DNA of 64,000 bases from Octopus vulgaris (Eukaryota), in contig OX597824.1 in NCBI GenBank assembly GCA_951406725.2, positions 99,634,001 through 99,698,000 of the forward strand. Direction: 5' to 3'. Under the pieces are notes generated by a model. The model was not told the DNA's origin, did no database searches, and worked only from the letters and a program-made list of their open reading frames with translations. The translations under genes were made by a program, and so were the position numbers. This document shows, piece by piece, positions 1-60,200 of the stretch (positions within the stretch are counted from its first letter, which is position 1; each line of letters opens with the position of its first letter).

Positions 1-600
1 AAGTTATTTCAGTTCCTCAATGTATCATTCACTGTTCACAGTACAATCATGTTCAAGCGAATGAAAAATGGTTCCACTGTACACCATGCAGGTTTTCATG
101 CCATTCCATGGACTGATCCACCATTTCTGGCTCATAAAGATACGCCTATGTTTCATCCGCTGTCACCAGATCAGAAGGAAAAAGTCTTCTCTGGCTTCAG
201 ATGCTTCCTGCAGATTAGAGCAGACTTCTGCTCTTCTCTCCTTCAAATCAAGAGTCAACTGTCAACGTACCCTCTTTACACACGTACACTTTCTGGTACC
301 CAAAGTCTTCCATCATCTTCTGTAATGCAGGATGTCCACTGTGCAGTGGTGCTGCCATCTTGTGGTTTGTGACTCAATTCGTCCAATGACTGACAAGTCA
401 TGTCAACGGTCACAGATGATGCTCTCCCATTTGTCTTCAAGTCTGGTTTCCTCTTCTTTAAACTTTTTATCCATTGATGCATATTACTCTTGTCAATGGT
501 GTCGTCTCTATAGCCTTCTCTGGATGTTGGACAGCATGTGATCCTTTGGGAACTTGATGATGGCGCATTGCTTCTGCTTGGAACCATTATTTGCCTTCAA
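1..600 (-). mobile_element. Degraded mariner transposase
   Basis: Frameshifted minus-strand peptides YRDDTIDKSNMHQWIK (HTH region) and DLVTADET*AYLYEPEMVDQSMEWH (first catalytic D / YEPE motif). Confidence 0.8.
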
Positions 601-854
601 TAAAGAATAATAGGAAGAAGGGTTACTCTACCAATACGTGCAAGTTGAATGACCTGTGGTCTGTGAATATAAAAAGTTCTAACCACTTTTGTATTATTTT
701 CAGGACAAGATTTGTATGTGCGCTCGTGTGTGTGTATACATACATCGCCCCCCCCCCCCACTATCATCTTATCATTCCTCTCATGTTTGTCTGTTCCCCT
801 TCCCTATCCTCACTCTCCAGATTATTTATTTCTTTTTTCCTCTTTCTTCCACAG

Positions 855-908
855 GTGATGGAATTAGTTGATGTTGAACAGAAGATGAGTATCCGATTCC
901 TGCACTGA
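855..908 (+). other. Possible terminal exon of an upstream plus-strand gene (VMELVDVEQKMSIRFLH* if phase 0)
   Basis: Long pyrimidine tract ending ttccacag at 854, then about 3.5 kb of repeat-poor UTR-like DNA with AATAAA at 4373; product not recognised. Confidence 0.35.
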
Positions 909-3900
909 CCAAAGCCATGAAATCTCTTTCACTGTTGTCAGCGCCATCTTCTGGTCTACGTTATAGTTAATTGTTCAGCTTCTGGTGATGGGTGTTGTAG
1001 AGTAGACATCACTTCATCAATTCACATGACTGTCTTTTCAGTAAGGCATCATTGTCACCAAATCCTCCCCTCCATCAGCTTCAGGGTTTGTTGTGTCTTT
1101 GTCAGAAAGCATTGTTGTTGTTGTTAGTGTGTTAGAGTGGCAAACAGTTTCATCCTGCTATTCTGATTTCAATTCTTGCTCGTTTATTTGACATTTTCTG
1201 TCTCTGAGAGGCAATAAGTACCAATAATATACTGAGCTCAGTTTCATTAACTACAATTCTCACCTGTAAATTTCTCGCCTTACACCTGTGGAAGAAATTA
1301 CAACAACTACTACTACTACTATGATGCACAGTATGGATATAAAAATCCTGCAAGCCATATCATGTGTTCTTAGCTCCTATTCTTAGAACTCTACTTCTTG
1401 CCTGTTTCAAAAAAGCAGATTTTTGGGCTGTTCACATGTCTCTCTTTACGTCCAACCATTCCAAGTAGTATGACTGTCTGCGTGGGGGATTGAACCTTAC
1501 ACTATTTTCTAATGGCTCTTTACATTATTGGTTCACATCCTGCCAGGGTCAACTTTGGTTCTTTGTTTCATCAACCCCAAAAGACAGGCAAGAAGCAGTA
1601 TTGGTGCCATTTAATTAACTTCTCTACAAAATAGCTCACCTTCTGCCGAAATTAGCAACATTTTTTTTCATTATGATTCTTATTATTTGGTAGTTGGCAG
1701 AATTGGTAAAGAAGCAGATCAAAATGCCAGACAATAAATTGGTGACATCCTGATTTTAAATCTGACTTGATTCAAGACTTCATTCATCCTTCTCAGGTTG
1801 TTAAAAGAAGCCCCAGGATTGTCCACTCTGAAATACGCAGCCTGTGTAATATATTAAAGTCATCCTATAATTATAGTCTAACTGTACTTGAGAGTAAATT
1901 ACAGAATCCCAAGCAAACTAATTTCAAAACCTCATCTTCTTTTATTTGATTCACTTTCATTTCTGATAAACTTTAGTCTTTTTGCCAATCTCATTACTTC
2001 ATATCCCTCACTTTTTAAATTTTTCATTCTCGGAATTTCTCATAAAAACTGTTCAGATTCTTTTTAAAAATCTCTTCACTAGTTTCATCAAAATCTCCCT
2101 CCTTCTCAAAAGAAAGTTCATTCTAATGTTTGGTGACTTTAAATCAGTTTTGGTTTCTATTTCATTTTTTTGTAACGAAATGCATCAACATTTCAGATGA
2201 CAATCTCTTCTCCCTCCACCCTTTTTCCCATCTTATCTATCCGGGTCTCTATCTTCGGATGGTTTGCATCCTCACCTACACTTACTACTCTAAGCCTTCA
2301 AACACAATTAGCCAAGACTAAAATAAACTCTTGTCCCTTATTATGTCTCCGTTTTTGAGGGTCTCTTGCCTTCAGTGAAACCTCATTTCTCTCTCTCCTG
2401 TTCTTTTCTTATTTGAAATAATTTTGGTTAGTTTTGATATTTCATTGCTCAGACTGAGACATGAAACCAAATTGTTTAAAAATTCCATTTTGATTCTAGT
2501 GATTTGGGTTGCTCAACCTTTGTTCACTGGGGTCACCTCGAGGAATTAGTGACCCCCACTTTTCGGATTCACTCATGGCTACAATACACGGATTAAATAG
2601 CAAAGAAAGTTTACCTTCCTATTTTATGGTGGTAAAAAATGTCAGTTGTTTTAGCAATGAATTTTTAATTTGCTAAGAAAACTTTCCTAGTCTCAAAGCC
2701 ACATGTGTGGTGTATGTCTGTGAATTGGACAAAATGTTGGTTTTTCTGATGACGAAATAAACACAAGTATCTGAATTAGGGATGTTTGCCTCGTGGCAGA
2801 CTTCCAGGGAGAAATGAAAAATATCACTGGGGACTTCTGGTACTTATTAGATTTTGTATTTCTTGCTTTCAAGATTAATTAAACGTGACAGTATTAGGTT
2901 TTGGAACCATGAGACTAAACACTCAAACATTTAATCTGTTTTTCTTCTGCCACATTAATTTATAATGGGGAATTCCTTTCAGAGATACAAATTTTGTAAT
3001 TAAATTTACCCCAGGTGTCATCTTCTGCAGGAATAATGATTTTTTTTCCATTGGTACAAGGCTGCAGATTTGTAAAGCAGAGTGAATTTGGGTGAATCCA
3101 CTTTCACTCCATGATTTGAACTCAGATTGAAACAAAACAGTTTAGTCACCCATGACTCAGAAATAATCTTCCAATTACTACAATGGTTATTCTGAGTTTT
3201 GGAGTAAATGCCTAATGGTATTTTGTTTCATTCCTCAATATTCTTTAAAGTCAACTTTACTTTCTAATTTGTCTAGCTTTTGTAAAATATGTACGAGTTC
3301 TGTCCTGAAGTTTGATCTAACATTTAAATCCCTTACAATTTCTGACCTTCGTGATTGTTAGAATAAACAGATGGAGTCTATTTTGGATTTTTCAGAATAT
3401 ATTTTAATTGTAGCAAATAATTACTGAAATATATTCCATTTCATATAAATGTAACTTTAAAAAATTATTTTTATTTAAAACATTCCATACTCTAACATTG
3501 ATAATTTACTGTTTTCTACTATTGTGACAAAAAAAAAAGAAAGAAAATTATCCTTTCCAAGAGATGTAGCATTTCCATAAATTCTTGAAACCAAGTGCCT
3601 GTTAAAATGCTTTTCACATAAATGCTTTCTGTTTTTATTCTAAGTTTTAACTTTTAGGATTACTTTTCTTTTCTTGTATCTTAACTTTCTTGGCAACTGA
3701 AGTTGAAGCAGATGAAATTCTTACAAATTGTGATTTTTGGCTGGTTGAACTGGAAGAGTAGAAAAGCCAACTTCTTCAGCAAGTTGTTTATACAGTGAAA
3801 TAGGGGAGTTTATAGGCAGCTTTTGTTGCTGCTGTGGATCAAGGATGTCGCGTGCACATCTCTGTAGCTCCCTTGGATTGCTGAAGCTTAGATATGGACC

Positions 3901-6205
3901 TCTACATTTATTGTGTATCTCAGAAGGTGTGATTCAATGTTTTCTAGGAGGAGCAGCCAACCATTTATTTCAGAGTCTAGGAAAATATTTCATAATTTGT
4001 CTGTTTTTAGATCCTTTACTGCTGTTAAAGTTCTTCTACATCATTGAATGATTGAGGTGTCTGATGTGTATATAATTGTGTAAATGTATGTATGTATATA
4101 TATATATATAGACAAAACTGCATAAGTAATTCCTCCTGTGAATGCCCCACCACCACCAAATAATGCTTAAAGCTTTTCTTCATCCAATTCAGTTCCTGGA
4201 AACATTTTTGAAAATCTGATTATTTGAAATTTATTCATTGCGGACCTCTTCATAAGCAAATTGATGAGAATTGTAAATATTGTTTTATAGTGTTGATTAT
4301 TTTTTTCCGAAGAATCCCCCCAACCCTAACAAAAACATTTTAAAAAAACCCATAAAATATTTGATTTACCTCAATAAAATTCTGACTTATTAAAACACCA
4401 TTTACTTGTTATTTTATTTGCATGTCTCATCTGGTTTTAGATGTAAATTAATGTTATTAAAAATGTGCAGAAATGAGATTTAATGCAAACATCCAGGGAA
4501 AATGGTTTTAAGCTACCAACTTTCAGCTAATTGGCCACAGAAGTTAATTTAACCAGTGACTGCATGAAAGCTTCATTAATCGAACCTGGTTATCAGCTGA
4601 AATAACTTCTTGCACCTAAAGCAAAAACAGATATATCCCACACAACAATTTATACCTTTTGAGAGAAAGGGGACAGTTTGAAAATGAGTTATTTACAAAG
4701 AATTCTTTACATCCCATTCAAAATTTTTGACACTTTAGAGACATCAGATCATTGCCACTTTCTCTTGTCTTACTATAAGATCTGATGTCGCTAAAGAGGG
4801 AACTACAAACGCACGCGTGTGGTGTTTGTGTGCGCGCGCGTCTATATTTATTTTATTTTGTCCGTTTGTGCATCCGTAGATTTCTCCAAACAGGCAATGA
4901 AGGCATTTGAAACCCTCACCAGAAAACTCGTTATGCTTTACTTTGACCGCTAAAGGTCTACTAAACAGAAATATATTATTAAGACGACTTATCTGTTGCA
5001 TACGATTTTTTTCCACTTAAAATAAATTCCCAGGTAAACGTTTCTAATACAAAGGCAGAAGACACCAGAAGCAAAGATAAGGAATATACACGCACAGTTA
5101 AAAATAGAAGTGTAAAGCATAATTTGTTACATAATCTCTATAATAAACCTGATGCTGAATGGAATAATTCCCCGTTTGAACTTTTTTAATTCATGTCTGT
5201 TTGTAGTAGAAATCTACGGATGCACAAACGCACAAAACGGAGAAAATGAAACAAATATGGACGACATGTTCAGAATCGAGTGGGGAACAACAGTTCTCAA
5301 AAATAACCCCCAATTGTTTTCCCCTAAAATTCCTAAGTCCTTGGAATCTACATAGTCCGAGGTATCTTTGAAGAGAATTTCATTAAAAAATATTCATTTT
5401 CTTGAAAGTTAAGACGAATTAACCCCTCCTAAAATACCCCCCCTCCTGCCACAAAGAAAATTTGTCTATTCGGAATCTACATGATATAACACATATTGGT
5501 AGAATATTTCATTAAGAATATCTATTTTTCTGAAAGTTATGATCATCCAAAGTCGGGGGCGCAGAAATCTGTAGTTACACCGATTCAAAAATACATAAAA
5601 TGAGTCGTGAAAGTGAAAAACAAATATTCAGAAGAATATTCAAAATTTGGATTTATACCTGCTCTCCACGATAAAGTGTCACCAAATTATGGGCGAAAAA
5701 CTCGGACCTTGTGAATTTTCCGGAGCCCCCCCCCCCCCGGTTGCTTTCCCCTTTTTTGTTTTCATATTCGTTTCCTACACTTTTTTTTTTTTTTTTTTAC
5801 ATCCGTTGCACTATATATATTTATTTTGTTTCTGGGTAATATGGTAGACATCAACCAAATTTTGAATAACAAAAATTAAATATCACAAGAGGTCATCAGG
5901 ATTTGAGAAATGATTCGGGTGGGAACCACTAGTTTAGCATGATGCTGTTATGTGTATCATACTTTGAAACCATGTGGTTCCAGGTATGGTCCCAGGGTGA
6001 GGCACTTTAAAATAGTCCCTCGATGACCAATGCTTTCTGACAGAAGAGGAGATGGAAACTGCAGGAAGCATATGTGCTTGTGTCACTAATTCTGTTTGAG
6101 AATTACATAAGTGTCTTTGGAATACTCAACCACTTAATTTAAGGGCAGGTAATTCAATTCATCAAGCAACAGAATTCTGATTGGCAAATGACTAAGAGGC
6201 ATCAT

Positions 6206-6470
6206 AATATTGGGTCATCCCATAAATAATGCAAGTTTTTTTAATTGCATAAACTAAAAGTCAGAGAGGGATGCGATAAACTATCTGAATCAACTTGCTA
6301 TAAAAGCAGGTAGTAATTTTACCTTGACTTATTCTTAGTGCAAGTTTTGAAGAGTGCAGTTTGATTTTTTAACAGTTATTTTCTTTCAAAGCTGTAATAG
6401 AAGTGACAAAAGAGTATATTCGACATATTTTGCTTTGTGAGTTCAACAAAGTGAGAGGAATATTAATGCA
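6206..6470 (+). mobile_element. Mariner 5' end fragment
   Basis: TIR-like start TATTGGGTCATCCCATAAATAATGC, then EVTKEYIRHILLCEFNK, resembling a mariner transposase N-terminus. Confidence 0.6.
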
Positions 6471-6810
6471 GAACCCCACCAACATCTAGGTTTAAAATTA
6501 AAACCTACCCTCAAAATTTCATGTTAACAGTTTTCAAAAATCAATGAATTTTGTAAAATAATTTTATCATTATTGTTTTCAAACTTAATTCAAATAAAGA
6601 GAAAAATATGGTAAGAAAATGGTTAATGGCCATCGAACACAAGTCACATGATAGCCAATGTTATTATAGAGAATGGAATTGGCCAAAATGTGGTTATAGT
6701 AGCAGAGACTTGCTAGGGAGACTGCAGAATGGGGTCAAATCCAAGACTGAATTAATGGAATTCATGGAGAAAGTTGCGAAAACAAACATTAGATTGTAAG
6801 TGACTGGTGT

Positions 6811-6912
6811 TTTATTAATTCTTCTTTTGATCTGACTGAGCACAATGTGTGTTTGTGTGTGTGTGTGTGTTACATGTTTTAAAAGAGGCACACAAAGAAA
6901 GGAATCTTTATT
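6811..6912 (-). terminator. Candidate Sec23 polyadenylation signals
   Basis: Minus-strand AATAAA at 6912-6907 and 6816-6811, about 490-590 nt after the stop; which is used cannot be determined. Confidence 0.3.
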
Positions 6913-7398
6913 TTAGAGGTGAGTTCATGCCTTGTGTGCAATGTATTTAAGAGAGAAAAGAAAAATCAAGCACCAGGATCATTAAACATGTTATTTTTGC
7001 AATGTTAAAATTCTCGGAACCTTCAAAATAGCAGAATAAGTGGTAACATTTCTGAGGCAAAAACAATGTAGCCATATGTCAGTTCACGCATACACACAAT
7101 TTCTTTCATACATACATGTGTGTGTGTATGTGTATATACACACAGAGAAAAGAATCTTTCTTTCTTTTTTAGTTTGACATCAAACCAATTGATGGTTCTC
7201 ATTATTGTTACCATTATTGTCATCATCATTAACCATTTTGGCAGCTAAGGTCATTTTTATCAAATATATTTGGAATAGTTTTAATAAAAGTTTCAGTAAC
7301 AAATGGTGGTGTCGCACCACACTGTTTCCAAAAACAAGGATTTGTTTAAATCAGATAAGATTCTAATAACAATATATGGGGCTAATAACTTATTGTAA

Positions 7399-54359
<46,961 letters not shown>

Positions 54360-54429
54360 TTAAAAAGAAGATATAAAGATATTTTTTGAGAAATCCATCG
54401 AAGCAAACAAACACCAAAAGTTATAAAGT

Positions 54430-55500
54430 GTGACATAAATCAGACACACAGCTTGGTTCCGTGAGGTTGGGGTTGCTTGTGCAGGATACCTGTCGTATCT
54501 GAGTAGAAGTATTATTCAAAGGGATGTAAGTTGGTCCTTAGTCTACAGTAGAATGGCTGTGGGGAGACAAACTCTAGGGAACACCGGAGTCGATAGAATG
54601 TGGATTAGAGAGAGCCAACTGCAACATGCTGCAATGACATGGTACAAGAAAACCATATAGACCGGAGATAGGCAGTATAGCCAGGAAATTCTTACAAGAT
54701 GTAGCTGAAGGTTTTACCCGATGTTCAGTCAGCAATACTGCTTTTGATGAAGTTGTCAAAATTGAAGGATCATTGGTGACCTGTAAGAAAGTCTTCAGTA
54801 GGTATTGGCCTATGGAAGTAATATGCCAGTGTATATATATGTATGTATATATAAAGGAACAGAAACATTCCTGGTGATGAAAGAAATGATTGTTTACAAC
54901 TCTTTCTGTCATCTTTGAAATGTTAGGGCCAAACAGGTCACCCATTTTTGTGATGGAACAGATGACACTATGTTAGTGTTTGTAGAATGTGTATGAGTGC
55001 CAAACTGTCAGATGCTATTTTAAGGAGATGGTCTAGAATATTTGTACGTTTAGCAGGTGCTTTATCTCAGGGATATTAGAAAAACTCTAGATTGGCATTG
55101 TGACTTGTATAGAGTCAGCAGCTGAAGTAGTTTCTTCGTTCTAAAGAGAAATTTTGAGATGTAGTTTTGTCTGTTATAGATACAGAGTTACAATGAAAGA
55201 ACAGTTATTATTGGTTCTTAAAGGTTTGTTTTAGCCATCACGGATGAAACCATGCAAGATCGCCACGATCTGTTAGGTTTTAGTTGTTACTGGGTATAGA
55301 ATGTCACGCTTTTACTCCCATGACATATGAGATAATTGTTTGGATATTGAAGGCAACTAGTTTGTCAGGTTTCCACTGGGAAAGACAATGTCTAGCAGAG
55401 TTCACTAAAACATTTGGATCAGGCTTTTAAAATCTACGATACCGAAACCATACATGTCTGATTCCCACTCTAAAGGAATGCGTTTCGCTGTGGACAGCCC
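54430..55500 (-). mobile_element. Degraded CR1/Jockey-like LINE RT fragment
   Basis: NISKMTERVVNNH and SNPHSIDSGVP resemble RT motifs (SxISKxMERxVN, INSGVPQG). Confidence 0.6.
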
Positions 55501-55549
55501 TGAATAAGTGATACAATAAATAGACAATGGAGTCGCCCCCACCCTGTTA

Positions 55550-55594
<45 letters not shown>

Positions 55595-56343
55595 CATCAG
55601 TGTCACAAAACACGCCGAATGTAAAAGATTGAAGAACGTACGTCGGTATGTGTACATAAGATGTAGGTAGAAGAGGTGGTCAAACTCTGCGCAAGGAGTC
55701 GACAACAACACACAAGGAAAAGACTAACTGACTTCGCATAAAAAACCGGCGAAAGTTGGAAGTTATTGCCAACCATTTCGGTGTAAAAAATTGAGATTTG
55801 TGTTGAGTTCTTCTCTCAATTATTGTTCGACTGGGTTTTGTATGTAACTGTAAATATATGAAGACAATCAACATCCACACACACATATTTTCATTGTCCG
55901 GTGTGTTAGACAATCGCTATACACACCTGTCTGGCGATTCCTCACAGAATTGTTAATAATTCACAAGAATGAAGAATAAGAAACGTTATTTTTATAGAAA
56001 GGCGACTTCGCAATTATTTTTAAGGGATGATCCCCTTACAATGACTGATTCCCTCTCTAATCTAGTTATGACCATTCCGTCTTTTTCAAAGACAGTGTAA
56101 AACAGGACTACCTTATTCAACAGGAACTTCCTAATTCTTAGGTTAGGGCGAAATTCGAGAGAGAATTAGCTGCTGTTTCTAGCAGATTGAAGAACGACCG
56201 TGTTGACGGAGGAAAAGTGACGTTTGAGGAAACGAAGTAATTAAAACGAAAAAAATAGACAATATAAAAGTTAATGATGAAAGAAGAAAAGGTGATAAAG
56301 TTTACGAAAAATTGTGTCGCGTTGAACAAAAATATTTACTTAC

Positions 56344-56450
56344 TTTGATGTCAGAAATAATCAGAATAATGTCGACCTGATGTAATGGTGGAGAGTGAGA
56401 GAGAGTGAGATAGAGCGAGATAGAGAGTGAGTAGATAAGGCGGAGAGAGA
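56344..56450 (-). other. SEC23: Probable non-coding first exon of Sec23 (5' limit uncertain)
   Basis: Consensus donor AAA|gtaagt at 56343-56338 in a CpG-richer zone; the ATG exon has its own acceptor, so an upstream exon is required. Confidence 0.6.
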
Positions 56451-56563
56451 GTGAGTAAATAAGGCAGAGAGAGAAAGTGGGAGGGAGAGACGTGGACACG
56501 ACTCGGCTGCCACGTACCGACTCCCAGAAGGCAGTGCGTAGAAAGAGGTGTTTACTTCCGGTG
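56344..56563. promoter_or_regulatory. Short bidirectional promoter region between Sec23 and the SelL-like gene
   Basis: Head-to-head geometry, local CpG enrichment, GA/CT tract, ETS-type ACTTCCGG at 56554-56561. Confidence 0.6.
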
Positions 56564-56711
56564 ATGGCCAACGACACATGTCGAGGTCAAACGTCAGAAT
56601 CGTTTGCATCAAATTCTGATTTCACCTCAAATATTTCCGCTGCACTTGGAGAATTCTTGAAACACGGTAAAATCATTCTTGAAGATGGCATTGCAGAATT
56701 TAACAGGAAAG
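56564..56711 (+). CDS. Selenoprotein L-like gene, coding exon 1 (MANDTCRG...IAEFNRK), 148 nt
   Basis: ATG in GTGATGG context; donor AAG|gtatga, phase 1; joins in frame to three downstream exons. Confidence 0.8.
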
Positions 56712-58145
56712 GTATGATATTTAATTCTGCTGTTTAACCCCAGTTTTGCCCGAATTGAGCAGATGATGAAAGGCATTCCAAGTCGCTTCTTAGTTTTACC
56801 GTTTTCTAATACATCTTCCTTTTTGAAGAAAGTAGGAGTATGAGGTGTGCAAATTGGTCGGCTATTTAACGTAAGAATCGCCCAATTGACCTTATACTTG
56901 ACTGGTTGCATATTTAATATCCACTTCAGAAGGATGAAAGGAACGGGTGACCTCGTCTAGATTTGATCACAGAATGTAAATGGAAAGAAAAAACTAGTTT
57001 TCTTTACATATTTCATCTCTTACATTTGTGCAGTGAAATATAAGCGTAAATAAATTCAGTTTGCTGTTTCCATTTTGCAGGACAGTTTTTGTACACAGCT
57101 TGCATATGTTCGTCTATTACATTATAATGGTAACTAAATACTGCAAAGATGTTGGGCGCTCGAGAGCCGGTTCTATTGAATGGACGATCACCTGCAGTAC
57201 TCAAATAACTTACACAAAATTTTTTAATCCAGTTAATAACAACTTAATAAGAACATGTGAGCACTCTTGGAATAAAGAAGATTGGACAACATGGGTTGAG
57301 GGATGGAGGGGGGCGAGAGGCTTGTGTGGTTTTATGCCACACGATTTGGTGTGAAATATTTCAAATTTTGCCTAGTTACAAATTTACTCCATGGTGTGCT
57401 TGATCATAAAACTATTGATTTTTTTTTTTATCGCTTATAATTTTTGAACTGCAATTTCCTGCTGGTGTAGTGAAGATAGTTGGAAGGTGTTATTGAAGAA
57501 GTTGGTAGTGTACATTGTAGGGCTGATCGAAAGTGCTGAGTACCCAAGCACTGACCTTGGCGGCATTACTGATGTTACCAATGTTGTACCTTCTTTGAAA
57601 CGTTCTTTACTATACGTATTGCTCCATAAGCTAGGATTTTAGTAATTCTACAATCTTAATGTTTAAGATCAGTGGAATTTATAATCAGTAAGGAACAGGA
57701 AGGTACACTAAGGTTGATATATGCAGCACCAGTTATACACTGTATTCGATGTAGTCAACTTCAATTGACTTTGAACCTAAATAATTAACATATTAGTGCC
57801 AAAATCAATAGAATGATTTATGTTTGAATCCTGCCCAGATTGTCTTTGCTTTCTATTTTCCTTGAGTCTCTTCCTCAATAAAAATCAAATAGCATATCAC
57901 CATCAGCTTCTTACTTGCTGTCATTAGTTGGAGAGTTTGATAAGATCTGAAAGGTCAGAGGACTGTGTAGCATTCAGTGCTTGAGAATGGTTTTTACTGC
58001 CAGACAACCATTATACAGAATGCACTGAGTGTTTTTTCATGGCACCTGCATTTGTGAGCTTGCAAAACTGTGATTTGTTTGTCTTGCCCTTATGTGCTTG
58101 TAAAACCCCTATTTAACTTTTCTTTATATAATTTGTGTTTTTCAG

Positions 58146-58224
58146 ACAGTCTTGAAAATTTCATTTCTTCAAAAGTGGGGAAAATGTTTCAGCTCGCCAA
58201 AACATACAATACACTGTTTAGAAG
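58146..58224 (+). CDS. Selenoprotein L-like gene, coding exon 2 (DSLENFISSKVGKMFQLAKTYNTLFR), 79 nt
   Basis: Pyrimidine tract + ttcag acceptor, AG|gtaagg donor, phase 1-2, open frame. Confidence 0.82.
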
Positions 58225-59244
58225 GTAAGGTATTCAAATTCAATATTTGCAAGATGAATTTCTGAAAGCATAAGATGACATTAACTCAGTGTTTAATATA
58301 GTGATTATGTAGTAAATGTGTTGTGATATAGACCTTATGATCAGCACAGGAACCTTATTAGGTCAAGAATGTCCTTTACTTGACAGTTAAACTACCCAAA
58401 CATAATTCTATGGATAAAAAGTCATGTGGGTGAGAACCTGTTAAATGTAGAGAAAAAAAGTGACTTTGAAAGACTTAGTTAAAAAATCCAACCAATGTTA
58501 GTGTGAAGAAATCACCCCCTCCCAAACCATTTATAGTGTTAACTTCCCTAATATGTCTTATAAACAAGAGGTGATTTGGAAGAATTGTTAGCATGCCAGA
58601 CAAAATGATGCCAAGTATTTTGTTTGTCTTTATATTTTGAGTTCAAATTCTGCCAGTGTCAGCTTTGCCTTTCACCCTCTTGGAGTCAGTGAAATAATTA
58701 TCAGTTGGGCCCTGGGGGGTGGGGGTGATGTCATTGACTTCCTTCCTCCCTCAAAATTGCTAACCTTGTGCCAAAATTTGAAACTCACATTGCAGTGTAA
58801 ACAGTTAAGGTGATGCAGTGTGACATTGTTGTTGCAAAAATGACATCTGAAAATTAAACTTAATTTTTCAATTTCAATATAACTCAATGCATCTGTCTAT
58901 TATTTAACTGAAGTCACAAAAAACAGTAGCAAAAGACTTTTGGTTGTTCTAAGGATGAACCCATAAAACTGTTTGTCTCCTTATTTTTCCCAGGTACAAT
59001 TCCTACATCATGTATGACTAGTTTGCTATAAGAAGGGAACTTATTTTAAAACTATTTCTCTAATGATATATAGAAGTTTGAGTTTGTATCAAAAAATATT
59101 CCTGCTCTATTATAATAGGAGGACAAAATGTAGATGTATATAATAGTAATGATGGTGGTGATAATATTTAATGTTTGAAATTCTTTTTTTATCTAACAAA
59201 ACATTTTTTATTCACATCTTCCTGTTTTACTGAATTTACAACAG

Positions 59245-59298
59245 CATTGGCTCTCAAAATCGAAAGGAACTGGATTTACAGCTAGGAAAGCATTTCAG
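59245..59298 (+). CDS. Selenoprotein L-like gene, coding exon 3 (SIGSQNRKELDLQLGKHF), 54 nt
   Basis: caacag acceptor, AG|gtaaat donor, phase 2-2. Confidence 0.75.
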
Positions 59299-59439
59299 GT
59301 AAATAATTTTAACTAAATTATATTGTGGGTTGTTTTATCTAGTGGTAAAGCTGTTAGAAATGATGACTTCATCAGTTCAAATACTGCCTTGGCCTTTCAT
59401 TCTTCAGGAATTGATAAAGTATATGGGGTTCATTCCAGA

Positions 59440-60200
59440 AGAAGTACAAAATTCTAATCTCCTTCAAAGTAGGATTGTCTGACTTCAATGCTCTTGTAGC
59501 ATTCGAGGAGTCATTTTAGGAAAGCCTGGTGGAGATCCTCCAAAGTGAACGTGCCCAGGACCCTTGTCACAGCTTTCTTCATCTCAATATCTTCAAAACA
59601 ACTAGCCCTGAGGTTTTCCTTCAGCTTGTGAAACAATCAAAAGTCACAGGGAACAACGTTTGGACTGCAGGGAAGGTGAAGGACAGTTCTGATACCAATA
59701 TTTATCAAGTAGTTAGTAATCAGAATGGAATCATGGACTGATGTATTGTCCTGGTGCAGGGGCCACTGACCCAAGTGGAAGAGCTCTGACCCTTTTGTGA
59801 TGAAATTTTTTCCTCAACTCTCTCAGAACCTCCACAAAGTGCTCTTTGTTGACTATCTGACCAGAGTGGACCCAGTGTATATAAATGATGCCCTTGCTGT
59901 TGAAAAAATGGGCTACCACGAGCTTCCTAGTGGACATGCTTTGCTTGACCTTCTTGTGTCTGGCAGGGTCAGGATACTTCCATTAGGTACTGTCTCTTTG
60001 TCTCTGGATCATAACAGATCCAGCTTTTTTCACAAGTCATGAGAGACTCAAAAGTACACTTGGATTGGCAGTAATGAGCTCAACGATCTCCCTGCTGTTA
60101 CCAATGCATCTTTCCTTCTGTTCATCATTGAGCACCTTGAGAACAAACTTTGCACATGCTCAGACCTTCATAAATAATTCTGTGTACAGTTGCCACATTG
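59440..60200 (-). mobile_element. Degraded mariner transposase, catalytic domain
   Basis: FFNSKGIIYIHWVHSGQIVNKEHFVEVLRELRKKF followed by QDN- and DF.LF.KLKENLR-like segments. Confidence 0.85.

Noticed and set aside
2740-2775. CTGATGACGAAA as a minimal hammerhead
   Set aside because: No stem II and no convincing stems I or III
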